Assembly: GCA_030390025.1 (NCBI GenBank)
Contig: JASTWF010000333.1
Location: 124,001 to 188,000 of the forward strand
DNA length: 64,000 bases
Reading direction: 5' to 3'
Source of the DNA: Squalus acanthias
Lineage: Eukaryota
Part shown: in pieces, positions 35,245 through 49,100 of the stretch
Layout of the letters: every line of letters starts with the position of its first letter
Numbering within the stretch: position 1 is the stretch's first letter
Notes under the pieces: generated by a model
What the model saw: only the letters and a program-made list of their open reading frames with translations
Told to the model about the DNA's origin: nothing
The model's database searches: none
Program-made: the position numbers and the translations under genes

Positions 35245-37153
35245 ATGGAGTCGAGACGGCAAAGGTTGCGCCCCGCTTCAACGATGCCTTCCTGGATGTG
35301 CTGTTGGGGGCTGTAAGGGCCTGGAGGGAGATATTCTTCCCTACTGATGGGAGGGAGGAGCCTATAGCTGAGACCAAGAAGGAGTGGGTGGAGGTTGCTG
35401 AGGAGGCCAGCAGCAGGAGCGTGGTGCCACACTCCTGAATCCAATGCAGGAAGTGATTCAATGATCTAGGCAGGGCAGAAAAGGTGAGAGCAATGGCGCA
35501 TTACCCTACATCCTGATGTGTGTATCCCCTAGTCCCCTCATTCTGCCTTCACAAGCCTACTCCAGCACATCACTCCTCACACCAACGTACCTTGCAGGTG
35601 CACCCGTCTCTCTCTGTCTATGCAATTACTCACATCCCCATCTATCCATCCACCACTGACACTCACCCTCATCCTAATGCAATGTCATGCCTATCCCTCA
35701 TAGTCACCCTCACTAAATGCTCTCCATCTATCGGGTGCGCACATCCCATTACTCTCATTCATAGGTTTCTTCTTTCCCTCCTTGCATGAGGAGAAAGCAG
35801 AGAACACGAGGCAGAGGCAGAGAACCGAAGGATACTTACTGAGCAGCAGCAGAGAATGTGCGATGTACTGGCAGGCATTCCAAGTGCACTGTGCATGATT
35901 GCAGAGCGATTGGAGGAGTCCGTCTCTTAATTAACATCTGCAGAGGAGGAGGCACTGGAGATCAGCGGAGTTTCTGCATGCCTGGCCATCGGAAATGGGG
36001 AGATCGGGGCCTGCCAACTACCTGGTGACAGAATTAAATATCAGGCAGCCACATGGCATACAACACTCGGTCATTTTGACTTGATGTCAGCAGCGAGTGA
36101 AATATGATCATGGGCATAATAACAACTTCAAGTATTCTTATCATCACAGTACTCATTCATATATTTTATCTCGCACAGGGCCTTCACACATCCAGCAAGA
36201 GATGTCTAGGTCACCCACGATGATGACGACTCCTCAGAGGAGCTCACTCCCTCTGAGGTTGCACCATCACAGGACTCATGCAGACCATGCACCAGCTCAG
36301 ACACTCATACTTTGGTGGGACCAGTAAGCAGATAGTTGGATTTTCACCTGGTGACTCACACTTCACAAGTGAGCAAGAGCAGATGGTGGAGTCAGGGACA
36401 TGAGTGGAGAGTCCGCGGTGGAGGGTGCAGGATGCTCCAAGCTCTGCTCAGCTGGACGCAGATGCTGTAACCCGGGGGCCGTCGACGAAGAGGATACTTA
36501 TTGAACCGCAGCAGAAAATGTTCGATGTACTGGCAGGCGTTCCAAAGCGCACTGTGCACTGTGCAGAGAGATTGGGGGAGTCCGTCTCAATCATAAGTGG
36601 GATGATGTCGCAGGCCTTTATGATGATGTCGTCTTCCATGGAAAGAGTGGCCACCTGCATAGAGCATCAAACGCGGCAATCACACGAGTGCATGCAGGCC
36701 TTCACCGATGACTTGCACACTATGAATGCCACCTTAAATAGGATGAATGATACCCTAGTCTTGGCCGTTCATCGCCCCAATGATGTGCAGCAAAGTGTTC
36801 TCCAACACATTGCTAGCAGGGAAGTGCGGCTGGGCCATGAGAGGGATGATGGCGAAAGGAGACATGGAAGTGGGGACTCCGCTCAAAGCGCTCCCACTTC
36901 TCACCCATTGCTCCACCCCTCAGTCAGTACCACACATGCTACCTCGAGTCCAGATGGCCGAGTCTGCCCTGCACAGGTGCAGGTGGAGCGGTCTTTGGTG
37001 GCGCCCTCACGGGCTCCAAAGCCCAGAGGATGTCGGCCAAGAGCAACTCAACAATCAGAGCAGGGATCTGAACAACCTGCCTCTATCTCTGCTGAAGCCA
37101 TAGGGGTCGCACCACATAGAAGTGCTAGGAAAAGGAAGAGTCAAGATTTGTAG
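35245..37153 (+). pseudogene. Harbinger Myb/SANT-like gene, 3 exons (35245-35483, ~35788-36025, 36179-37153)
   Basis: KVAPRFNDAFLDVLLGAV...EWVEVAEE..SRSVVP..IQCRK*FNDL, a GTGAG donor, and a coiled-coil-like last exon ending in basic RSARKRK; stops and frameshifts are present. Confidence 0.8.
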
Positions 37154-37199
37154 TTGCACAAGGGTATGCACATGGGTGCCTTAGACATTGTTAGATTGT

Positions 37200-37481
37200 T
37201 AAGCTCCAAATGTCTGCCACCACCTGACGCAACACCCTGAGCCTCCTCAGAAACTGGTGTTCCGACATGTCAAGGAATCTTATCCTCTGCCTGTAAATCC
37301 TGTGTGCTGTGTATGGCCTCCTGTGAGCTGCACCTCTCTGCTGCTCCCCTCTCTCCTGTGGAGCTGCAGGTCTGGGAGCAGCAGGCTGTTGCTGGTGCAG
37401 GTCCTGCTGCTGCTGGTGCTGCTGGTGGTCATCTTGGTCCTCATCTGAGGTCCAATCTAATACAGTGTAAGCGGCACCCAT
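37200..37481 (-). pseudogene. Harbinger transposase N-terminus only
   Basis: RRPY...RIYRQRIRFLDMSEHQFLRRLRVLRQVVADIWSL, typical of HARBI1-like N-termini; the catalytic part is deleted. Confidence 0.75.
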
Positions 37482-38281
37482 ACTGATCTGATAGATCGAG
37501 TTCCAAAGTGCAGATCAGACCTCCAAACTGTAGATGACACCTCCAAAGTGTGTAAAGTAACCTCCAAAGTACGCAAAGTAACCTCTCAGCATAAGTACTG
37601 TGAACAAACCCTTTCACACAAGCAGGTAAGAAAGCAACTGTGAGTACTGATACTTATTGGCATTTTTCCCTGTCATAGCTTCAGCCCCCTCAATTGCTAC
37701 TATGTTTTCGTCTTGCTTTCACTGGCGAGTTCCCGGAAGCCCGAGAAACCCATGGACTCAAAGTTAAACTGCAAAACCCTCTAATTGAGCGATTAACATA
37801 TGTCAATTGACAACCCTCCTCTCCCGAGGGGTTTGCGCGCACACAGGCTAATGCAGAAAATGGTGGGTTGGAATCGGTTTCCCGACGCGCTCGCGTTTCA
37901 CCCCCACTGTTCACCCATGTTAAAATTCCTCCCAGTCTCTCCGCAGACTTGAGGACTGACCGTTCACTGTAACTAATCTTTAGGATGGAGCAATCTTCCT
38001 TTATTTTCTCTGCATTTTTATATTAACTGGACTTCACGTTTTAAGGACTCAAGGAATAGCATTTCTGCGTGAGGCATTGAGATAGATTTACATTTAAAGT
38101 GGTATTAGATATCAAAAAAGTCTTTAGTTATGGTCATAATCTGGTTTATACGGTATAATGCTTTTCACCATTGGGGAAATTGGAAAGGGGATTTATAGAT
38201 TCAGCCTAATGGGAAATGGCAATGATATTAAGGTACTGTGAGTGTATCATATCAAAATACAAATTCAGCTGTACACGAAGG

Positions 38282-38978
38282 AGGAGAAATTCATTATCGC
38301 CCCGTTTGGGGGCGGTAACTTTTGAAAGCTGGGAAACTTAGCGCCAGGCGCTAATGATTCCCAGCTTTCACAAAATTGGGTTTAACGCTCCAGGAAGTAA
38401 GTGGAACACAAAATCAAGCGCTCCACTTCCTTCCTGGAGCGCTAAAGGACACAGGCGGGGTGGTAGTGGTGCAGCGCTGCACAATGTCCCGTGCAGCGCT
38501 GCTGCGATCCAAGGTTCCTTCCCTCACTTAAAGGGAAGGGCCATCACTGCAGGCTCTGCATTGGGATCAGTTAGCTGGTCCCTGACGGCAGCCGCGATCC
38601 GGCCCGATCAGCCCCATGCGCTCCAGCAGAGTGCCAGGCTGATCGATCGCGGCCCAGGAGAAGTGAAAAAAATTGCAAAATTTTTTTTAGAAATGTTGTT
38701 ACTTATTTCGGCAACCTCCCCTTTTATTTACACCTCCGAAGCTCCCGGCCTCCCGAACAACGCCTCCTGCAGCTGTCGGTGTCGTCGCCCGGCGATGCTG
38801 CAGGGGGTGGAATCGGAGCTCGGGTCCGGGGCGCTACTGGGGCGATGCGCACGGCAATGACGTCACGATCTCCGGGTGCAGGAGATCGTGGCACAAAGTT
38901 TTACCACCGCCGCAAACCTCCCGGCCGAGTTAGCGGTAAGTCGTTAGCGTTCCATTATCGCCCCACGAATTTCTCCCC
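38282..38978. mobile_element. GC-rich MITE
   Basis: GGAGAAATTC ... GAATTTCTCC termini and internal inverted motifs (GCAGCGCTGC). Confidence 0.65.
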
Positions 38979-39097
38979 CCCCCCAATCTAAAATAAAGTT
39001 CAAATCAAAATCCTGTAATTGCAAGGCAAAATGAATAAAATAATAAAATGTGGTTTCGGAAGTAGGAATTCTAGAATCTTTTTCTTGTTGTAAAATT

Positions 39098-40066
39098 AAC
39101 AACAACAACTTGTATTTATATAGCACCTTTAACACAGTAAAACGTTCCAAGGAGCTTCACAGGAGCATTATCAAACAAAATTTGACACCGAGCCGCATAA
39201 GGAGAAATTAGGGCAGATGATCAAAAGCTTGGTCAAAGAGGTAGGTTTTAAGGAGCGTCTTAAAAGAGGAAAGAGAGGTAGTGAGGCGGAGAGGTTTAGG
39301 CAGGGAATTCCAGAGCTTAGGGCCGAGGCAACAGAAGGCACGGCCACCAATGGTTGTGCAATTATAATCAGGGATGCTCAAGAGGCCAGAATTAGAGGAG
39401 CGCAGAAATCTCGTGGGGGTTGTGGGACTGGAGAAGATTACAAAGATAGGGAGGGGCGAGGCCTTGGAGGGATTTGAAAACAAGGATGAGAATTTGAAAA
39501 TCGAGGCATTGTTTAACTGGGAGCCAATGTAGGTCAGCGAGCACAGGAGTGATAAGTGAACAGGACTTGGTGCGAGTTAGGACACGGGCAGCCGAGTTTT
39601 GGATGACCTCAAGTTTATGTATGGTGGAATGTGGGAGGCCAGCCAGGAGTGCGTTGGAATAGTCAAGTCTAGTGATAACAAAGGCATGGATGAGGGTTTC
39701 AGCAGCAGATGAGCTGAGGCAGGGGCGGAGATCGGCGATGTTACGGAGGTGGAAATAGGCGGTCTTAGTTATGGCGCAGGCATGTGGTCGGAAGCTTATT
39801 TCAGGGTCAAATATGACACCAAGGTTGTGAACAGTCTGGTTCAGTCTCAGACAGTTGCCAGGGAGAGGGAAGGAGTCAGTGGCTAGGGAACGGAATTTGT
39901 GGCGGGGACTGAAGACAATGGCTTCGGTCTTCCCAATATTTAGTTGGAGGAAATTTCTGCTCATCCAGTACTGGATGTCAGCAGTCTGACAATTTAGAGA
40001 CAGTGGAGGGGTCGAGAGAAGTAGAGGTGAGGTAGAGCTGGGTGTCGTCAGTGTACATGTGGAAAC
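39098..40066 (-). mobile_element. 5'-truncated L2 LINE
   Basis: FHMYTDDT, WMSRNFLQLNIGKTE, LIHAFVITRLDYSNALL, LHWLPV, FKTLLKTYLF, and the L2 tail GCTATATAAATACAAG(TTG)n. Confidence 0.93.
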
Positions 40067-40156
40067 TTTAAAGGCAAATGTTGCAAGAATTCGGCTATCT
40101 CTTCTCTCATTCTTGCTATCTCTATCCCTGTACCTGTCATCTCAGTCCATGCTCCT
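40064..40156 (+). repeat. 93-bp direct repeat, copy 1 (proto-satellite seed)
   Basis: 87/93 identical to 61549-61641 by manual alignment. Confidence 0.92.
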
Positions 40157-43100
40157 ACTATCTCTACCCATCCTCCTTCTATCTCTACCTGTGAACCTGC
40201 TATCTCTACCCATGATGCTGCTGTCTCTACCCGTGATCCTGCTATCTCTACCTGTGATCCTGCTATCTCTACCCGTGATCCTGCTATCTCTACCCGTGAT
40301 GCTGCTATCTCTACCTGTGATCCTGCTATCTCTACCCGTGATGCTGCTATCTCTACCTGTGATCCTGCTATCTCTACCCGTGATCCTGCTATCTCTACCC
40401 GTGATCCTGCTATCTCTACCTGTGATCCTGCTATCTCTACCCGTGATGCTGCTATCTCTACCCGTGATCCTTCTATCTCTACCTGTGATCCTGCTATCTC
40501 TACCCGTGATCCTGCTATCTCTACCCATGATCCTGCTATCTCTACCCGTGATGCTGCTATCTCTACCCGTGATCCTTCTATCTCTACCTGTGATCCTGCT
40601 ATCTCTACCCGTGATCCTTCTATCTCTACCTGTGATCCTGCTATCTCTACCCGTGATCATTCTATCTCTACCTGTGATGCTGCTATCTCTACCCGTGATG
40701 CTGCTATCTCTACCTGTGATCCTGCTATCTCTACCCATGATCCTGCTATCTCTACCCGTGATCCTTCTATCTCTACCTGTGATCCTGCTATCTCTACCCG
40801 TGATCCTGCTATCTCTACCCGAGATCCTGCTATCTCTACCCGTGATGCTGCTATCTCTACCCGTGATCCTGCTATCTCTACCCATGATCCTGCTATCTCT
40901 ACCCATGATCCTGCTATCTCTACCTGTGATCCTGCTATCTCTACCCGTGATCCTGCTATCTCTACCTGTGATCCTGCTATCTCTACCTGTGATCCTTCTA
41001 TCTCTACCTGTGATCCTGCTATCTCTACCCGTAATCCTGCAATCTCTACCTGTGATCCTGCTATCTCTACCCGTGATCCTGCTATCTCTACCCATGATCC
41101 TGCTATCTCTACCTGTGATGCTGCTATCTCTACCCGTGATCCTGCTATCTCTACCTGTGATCCTGCTATCTCTACCCGTGATCCTGCTATCTCTACCCAT
41201 GATCCTGCTATCTCTACCCATGATCCTGCTATCTCTACCTGTGATCCTTCTATCTCTACCCGTGATCCTGCTATCTCTACCTGTGATGCTGCTATCTCTA
41301 CCCGTGATCCTTCTATCTCTACCCGTGATGCTGCTATCTCTACCCATGATCCTGCTATCTCTACCCGTGATGCTGCTATCTCTACCTGTGATCCTTCTAT
41401 CTCTACCCGTGATGCTGCTATCTCTACCCGTGATCCTTCTATCTCTACCCGTGATCCTGCTATCTCTATCCATGATCCTGCTATCTCTACCCGTGATGCT
41501 GCTATCTCTACCTGTGATCCTTCTATCTCTACCTGTGATCCTGCTATCTCTACCTGTGATCCTTCTATCTCTACCCGTGATCCTGCTATCTCTACCTGTG
41601 ATCCTTCTATCTCTACCCGTGATGCTGCTATCTCTACCTGTGATCCTGCTATCTCTACCTGTGATCCTTCTATCTCTACCCGTGATCCTTCTATCTCTAC
41701 CTGTGATCCTGCTATCTCTACCTGTGATCCTTCTATCTCTACCCGTGATCCTGCTATCTCTACCTGTGATCCTTCTATCTCTATCCGTGATGCTGCTATC
41801 TCTACCCGTGATCCTTCTATCTCTACCCGTGATCCTGCTATCTCTATCCATGATCCTGCTATCTCTACCCGTGATCCTGCTATCTCTACCCGTGATCCTT
41901 CTATCTCTACCCGTGATGCTGCTATCTCTACCCGTGATGCTGCTATCTCTACCCGTGATGCTGCTATCTCGACCCGTGATCCTGCTATCTCTACCCGTGA
42001 TGCTGCTATCTCTACCCGTGATCCTGCTATCTCTACCCGTGATCCTGCTATCTCTACCCGTGATCCTTCTATCTCTACCCATGATCCTGCTATCTCTACC
42101 CGTGATCCTGCTATCTCTACCTGTGATCCTGCTATCTCTACCTGTGATCCTGCTATCTCTACCTGTGATCCTTCTATCTCTACCTGTGATCCTGCTATCT
42201 CTACCCTTGATCCTGCTATCTCTACCTGTGATGCTGCTATCTCTACCCGTGATCCTGCTATCTCAACCCGTGATGCTGCTATCTCTACCCGTGATGCTGC
42301 TATCTCTACCCGTGATGCTGCTATCTCTACCTGTGATCCTTCTATCTCTACCCGTGATCCTGCTATCTCTACCCGTGATGCTGCTATCTCTACCCGTGAT
42401 GCTGCTATCTCTACCCGTGATGCTGCTATCTCTACCAGTGATCCTGCTATCTCTACCTGTGATCCTTCTATCTCTACCTGTGATCCTTCTATCTCTACCT
42501 GTGATCCTGCTATCTCTACCAGTGATCCTGCTATCTCTACCTGTGATCCTTCTATCTCTACCCGTGATCCTTCTATCTCTACCCGTGATCCTGCTATCTC
42601 TACCCGTGATCCTGCTATCTCTACCCGTGATCCTGCTATCTCTACCCGTGACGCTGCTATCTCTACCCGTGATCCTGCTATCTCTACCCGTGATGCTGCT
42701 ATCTCTACCCGTGATGCTGCTATCTCTACCTGTGATCCTGCTATCTCTACCTGTGATGCTGCTATCTCTACCCGTGATGCTGCTATCTCTACCTGTGATG
42801 CTGCTATCTCTACCCGTGATGCTGCTATCTCTACCTGTGATCCTGCTATCTCTACCCGTGATCCTTCTATCTCTACCTGTGATCCTTCTATCTCTACCTG
42901 TGATCCTTCTATCTCTACCTGTGATCCTGCTATCTCTACATGTGATCCTGCTATCTCTACCCGTGATGCTGCTATCTCTACCCGTGATCCTTCTATCTCT
43001 ACCCGTGATGCTGCTATCTCTACCCGTGATCCTTCTATCTCTACCCGTGATCCTTCTATCTCTACCCGTGATGCTGCTATCTCTACCCGTGATCCTTCTA

Positions 43101-46100
43101 TCTCTACCCGTGATCCTTCTATCTCTACCCGTGATGCTGCTATCTCTACCCGTGATCCTTCTATCTCTACCCGTGATCCTTCTATCTCTACCCGTGATGC
43201 TGCTATCTCTACCCGTGATCCTTCTATCTCTACCCGTGATCCTTCTATCTCTACCCGTGATGCTGCTATCTCTACCCGTGATCCTTCTATCTCTACCTGT
43301 GATCCTGCTATCTCTACCTGTGATCCTTCTATCTCTACCCGTGATGCTGCTATCTCTACCCGTGATCCTTCTATCTCTACCCGTGATCCTGCTATCTCTA
43401 CTTGTGATCCTGCTATCTCTACCCGTGATCCTTCTATCTCTACCCGTGATGCTGCTATCTCTACCCGTGATCCTTCTATCTCTACCTGTGATCCTTCTAT
43501 CTCTACCCGTGACGCTGCTATCTCTACCCGTGATCCTTTTATCTCTACCTGTGATCCTTCTATCTCTACCCGTGACGCTGCTATCTCTACCCGTGATCCT
43601 TCTATCTCTACCTGTGATCCTTCTATCTCTACCTGTGATCCTTCTATCTCTGCCAGTAATCCTGCTATCTCTACCTGTGATCCTGCTATCTCTACCCGTG
43701 ATGCTGCTATCTCTACCCGTGATCCTTCTATCTCTACCTGTGATCCTTCTATCTCTACCCGTGATGCTGCTATCTCTACCCGTGATCCTTTTATCTCTAC
43801 CTGTGATCCTTCTATCTCTACCTGTGATCCTGCTATCTCTACCCGTGCTCCTGCTATCTTTACCCATGATCCTGCTATCTCTACCTGTGATGCTGCTATC
43901 TCTACCCGTGATGCTGCTATCTCTACCCATGATCCTGCTATCTCTACCTGTGATCCTTCTATCTCTACCTGTGATCCTTCTATCTCTACCTGTGATCCTG
44001 CTATCTCTACCCGTGATCCTGCTATCTCTACCCATGATCCTGCTATCTCTACCTGTGATGCTGCTATCTCTACCCGTGTTCCTGCTATCTCTACCTGTGA
44101 TCCTGCTATCTCTACCTGTGATCCTGCTATCTCTACCCGTGATCCTGCTATCTCTACCCATGAACCTGCTATCTCTACCCATGATCCTGCTATCTCTACC
44201 CGTGATCCTTCTATCTCTACCCGTGATGCTGCTATCTCTACCCGTGATCCTTCTATCTCTACCCGTGATCCTGCTATCTCTACCCATGATCCTGCTATCT
44301 CTACCCGTGATGCTGCTATCTCTACCCGTGATCCTTCTATCTCTACCTGTGATCCTGCTATCTCTACCTGTGATCCTTCTATCTCTACCCGTGATCCTGC
44401 TATCTCTACCTGTGATCCTTCTATCTCTACCCGTGATGCTGCTATCTCTACCCGTGATCCTTCTATCTCTACCCGTGATCCTGCTATCTCTATCCATGAT
44501 CCTGCTATCTCTACCCGTGATGCTGCTATCTCTACCCGTGATCCTTCTATCTCTACCTGTGATCCTGCTATCTCTACCTGTGATCCTTCTATCTCTACCC
44601 GTGATGCTGCTATCTCTACCCGTGATGCTGCTATCTCTACCCGTGATCCTGCTATCTCTACCCGTGATGCTGCTATCTCTACCCGTGATGCTGCTATCTC
44701 TACCCGTGATGCTGCTATCTCTACCCGTGATGCTGCTATCTCTACCTGTGATCCTTCTATCTCTACCCGTGATCCTGCTATCTCTACCTGTGATGCTGCT
44801 ATCTCTACCCGTGATCCTGCTATCTCAACCCGTGATGCTGCTATCTCTACCCGTGATGCTGCTATCTCTACCCGTGATGCTGCTATCTCTACCTGTGATC
44901 CTTCTATCTCTACCCGTGATCCTGCTATCTCTACCCGTGATGCTGCTATCTCTACCCGTGATGCTGCTATCTCTACCCGTGATGCTGCTATCTCTACCAG
45001 TGATCCTGCTATCTCTACCTGTGATCCTTCTATCTCTACCTGTGATCCTTCTATCTCTACCTGTGATCCTGCTATCTCTACCAGTGATCCTGCTATCTCT
45101 ACCTGTGATCCTTCTATCTCTACCCGTGATCCTTCTATCTCTACCCGTGATCCTGCTATCTCTACCCGTGATCCTGCTATCTCTACCCGTGATCCTGCTA
45201 TCTCTACCCGTGACGCTGCTATCTCTACCCGTGATCCTGCTATCTCTACCCGTGATGCTGCTATCTCTACCCGTGATGCTGCTATCTCTACCTGTGATCC
45301 TGCTATCTCTACCTGTGATGCTGCTATCTCTACCCGTGATGCTGCTATCTCTACCTGTGATGCTGCTATCTCTACCCGTGATGCTGCTATCTCTACCTGT
45401 GATCCTGCTATCTCTACCCGTGATCCTTCTATCTCTACCTGTGATCCTTCTATCTCTACCTGTGATCCTTCTATCTCTACCTGTGATCCTGCTATCTCTA
45501 CATGTGATCCTGCTATCTCTACCCGTGATGCTGCTATCTCTACCCGTGATCCTTCTATCTCTACCCGTGATGCTGCTATCTCTACCCGTGATCCTTCTAT
45601 CTCTACCCGTGATCCTTCTATCTCTACCCGTGATGCTGCTATCTCTACCCGTGATCCTTCTATCTCTACCCGTGATCCTTCTATCTCTACCCGTGATGCT
45701 GCTATCTCTACCCGTGATCCTTCTATCTCTACCCGTGATCCTTCTATCTCTACCCGTGATGCTGCTATCTCTACCCGTGATCCTTCTATCTCTACCCGTG
45801 ATCCTTCTATCTCTACCCGTGATGCTGCTATCTCTACCCGTGATCCTTCTATCTCTACCTGTGATCCTGCTATCTCTACCTGTGATCCTTCTATCTCTAC
45901 CCGTGATGCTGCTATCTCTACCCGTGATCCTTCTATCTCTACCCGTGATCCTGCTATCTCTACTTGTGATCCTGCTATCTCTACCCGTGATCCTTCTATC
46001 TCTACCCGTGATGCTGCTATCTCTACCCGTGATCCTTCTATCTCTACCTGTGATCCTTCTATCTCTACCCGTGACGCTGCTATCTCTACCCGTGATCCTT

Positions 46101-49100
46101 TTATCTCTACCTGTGATCCTTCTATCTCTACCCGTGACGCTGCTATCTCTACCCGTGATCCTTCTATCTCTACCTGTGATCCTTCTATCTCTACCTGTGA
46201 TCCTTCTATCTCTGCCAGTAATCCTGCTATCTCTACCTGTGATCCTGCTATCTCTACCCGTGATGCTGCTATCTCTACCCGTGATCCTTCTATCTCTACC
46301 TGTGATCCTTCTATCTCTACCCGTGATGCTGCTATCTCTACCCGTGATCCTTTTATCTCTACCTGTGATCCTTCTATCTCTACCTGTGATCCTGCTATCT
46401 CTACCCGTGCTCCTGCTATCTTTACCCATGATCCTGCTATCTCTACCTGTGATGCTGCTATCTCTACCCGTGATGCTGCTATCTCTACCCATGATCCTGC
46501 TATCTCTACCTGTGATCCTTCTATCTCTACCTGTGATCCTTCTATCTCTACCTGTGATCCTGCTATCTCTACCCGTGATCCTGCTATCTCTACCCATGAT
46601 CCTGCTATCTCTACCTGTGATGCTGCTATCTCTACCCGTGTTCCTGCTATCTCTACCTGTGATCCTGCTATCTCTACCTGTGATCCTGCTATCTCTACCC
46701 GTGATCCTGCTATCTCTACCCATGAACCTGCTATCTCTACCCATGATCCTGCTATCTCTACCCGTGATCCTTCTATCTCTACCCGTGATGCTGCTATCTC
46801 TACCCGTGATCCTTCTATCTCTACCCGTGATCCTGCTATCTCTACCCATGATCCTGCTATCTCTACCCGTGATGCTGCTATCTCTACCCGTGATCCTTCT
46901 ATCTCTACCTGTGATCCTGCTATCTCTACCTGTGATCCTTCTATCTCTACCCGTGATCCTGCTATCTCTACCTGTGATCCTTCTATCTCTACCCGTGATG
47001 CTGCTATCTCTACCCGTGATCCTTCTATCTCTACCCGTGATCCTGCTATCTCTATCCATGATCCTGCTATCTCTACCCGTGATGCTGCTATCTCTACCCG
47101 TGATCCTTCTATCTCTACCTGTGATCCTGCTATCTCTACCTGTGATCCTTCTATCTCTACCCGTGATGCTGCTATCTCTACCCGTGATGCTGCTATCTCT
47201 ACCCGTGATCCTGCTATCTCTACCCGTGATGCTGCTATCTCTACCCGTGATGCTGCTATCTCTACCCGTGATGCTGCTATATCTACCTGTGATCCTTCTA
47301 TCTCTACCTGTGATCCTGCTATCTCTACCCGTGATGCTGCTATCTCTACCCGTGATGCTGCTATCTCTACCCGTGATGCTGCTATCTCTACCAGTGATCC
47401 TGCTATCTCTACCTGTGATCCTTCTATCTCTACCTGTGATCCTTCTATCTCTACCTGTGATCCTGCTATCTCTACCCGTGATCCTGCTATCTCTACCTGT
47501 GATCCTGCTATCTCTACCCGTGATGCTGCTATCTCTACCCGTGATCTTTCTATCTCTGCCCGTGATCCTTCTATCTCTACCCGTGATCCTGCTATCTCTA
47601 CCCGTGATCCTGCTATCTCTACCCGTGATCCTGCTATCTCTACCCGTGACGCTGCTATCTCTACCCGTGATCCTGCTATCTCTACCCGTGATGCTGCTAT
47701 CTCTACCCGTGATGCTGCTATCTCTACCTGTGATCCTGCTATCTCTACCTGTGATGCTGCTATCTCTACCCGTGATGCTGCTATCTCTAACTGTGATGCT
47801 GCTATCTCTACCCGTGATCCTTCTATCTCTACCCGTGATCCTTCTATCTCTACCTGTGATCCTGCTATCTCTACCTGTGATCCTGCTATCTCTACCCGTG
47901 ATGCTGCTATCTCTACCCGTGATCCTTCTATCTCTACCCGTGATGCTGCTATCTCTACCTGTGATCCTGCTATCTCTACTTGTGATCCTGCTATCTCTAC
48001 CCGTGATCCTTCTATCTCTACCCGTGATGCTGCTATCTCTACCCGTGATCCTTCTATCTCTACCTGTGATCCTTCTATCTCTACCCGTGACGCTGCTATG
48101 TCTACCCGTGATCCTTTTATCTCTACCTGTGATCCTTCTATCTCTACCTGTGATCCTTCTATCTCTACCTGTGATCCTTCTATCTCTACCTGTAATCCTG
48201 CTATCTCTACCTGTGATCCTGCTATCTCTACCCGTGATGCTGCTATCTCTACCCGTGATCCTTCTATCTCTACCTGTGATCCTTCTATCTCCACCCGTGA
48301 TGCTGCTATCTCTACCCGTGATCCTTTTATCTCTACCTGTGATCCTTCTATCTCTACCTGTGATCCTGCTATCTCTACCCGTGCTCCTGCTATCTTTACC
48401 CATGATCCTGCTATCTCTACCTGTGATCCTTCTATCTCTACCTGTGATCCTTCTATCTCTACCTGTGATCCTGCTATCTCTACCCATGATCCTGCTATCT
48501 CTACCTGTGATGCTGCTATCTCTACCCGTGATCCTGCTATCTCTACCCATGATCCTGCTATCTCTACCTGTGATGCTGCTATCTCTACCCGTGTTCCTGC
48601 TATCTCTACCCGTGATGCTGCTATCTCTACCCATGATCCTGCTATCTCTACCTGTGATCCTTCTATCTCTACCTGTGATCCTTCTATCTCTACCTGTGAT
48701 CCTGCTATCTCTACCCGTGATCCTGCAATCTCTACCCATGATCCTGCTATCTCTACCTGTGATCCTGCTATCTCTACCCGTGATCCTGCTATCTCTACCC
48801 ATGAACCTGCTATCTCTACCCATGATCCTGCTATCTCTACCCGTGATCCTTCTATCTCTACCCGTGATGCTGCTATCTCTACCCGTGATCCTTCTATCTC
48901 TACCCGTGATCCTGCTATCTCTACCCATGATCCTGCTATCTCTACCCGTGATGCTGCTATCTCTACCCGTGATCCTTCTATCTCTACCTGTGATCCTGCT
49001 ATCTCTACCTGTGATCCTTCTATCTCTACCCGTGATCCTGCTATCTCTACCTGTGATCCTTCTATCTCTACCCGTGATGCTGCTATCTCTACCCGTGATC

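Larger units (their letters stand above)
34974..37933. mobile_element. Harbinger derivative C (Myb gene on +, truncated transposase on -)
   Basis: GGGCTGGATTTTAA ... TTAAAATTCCTCCC termini and a convergent gene pair. Confidence 0.85.
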
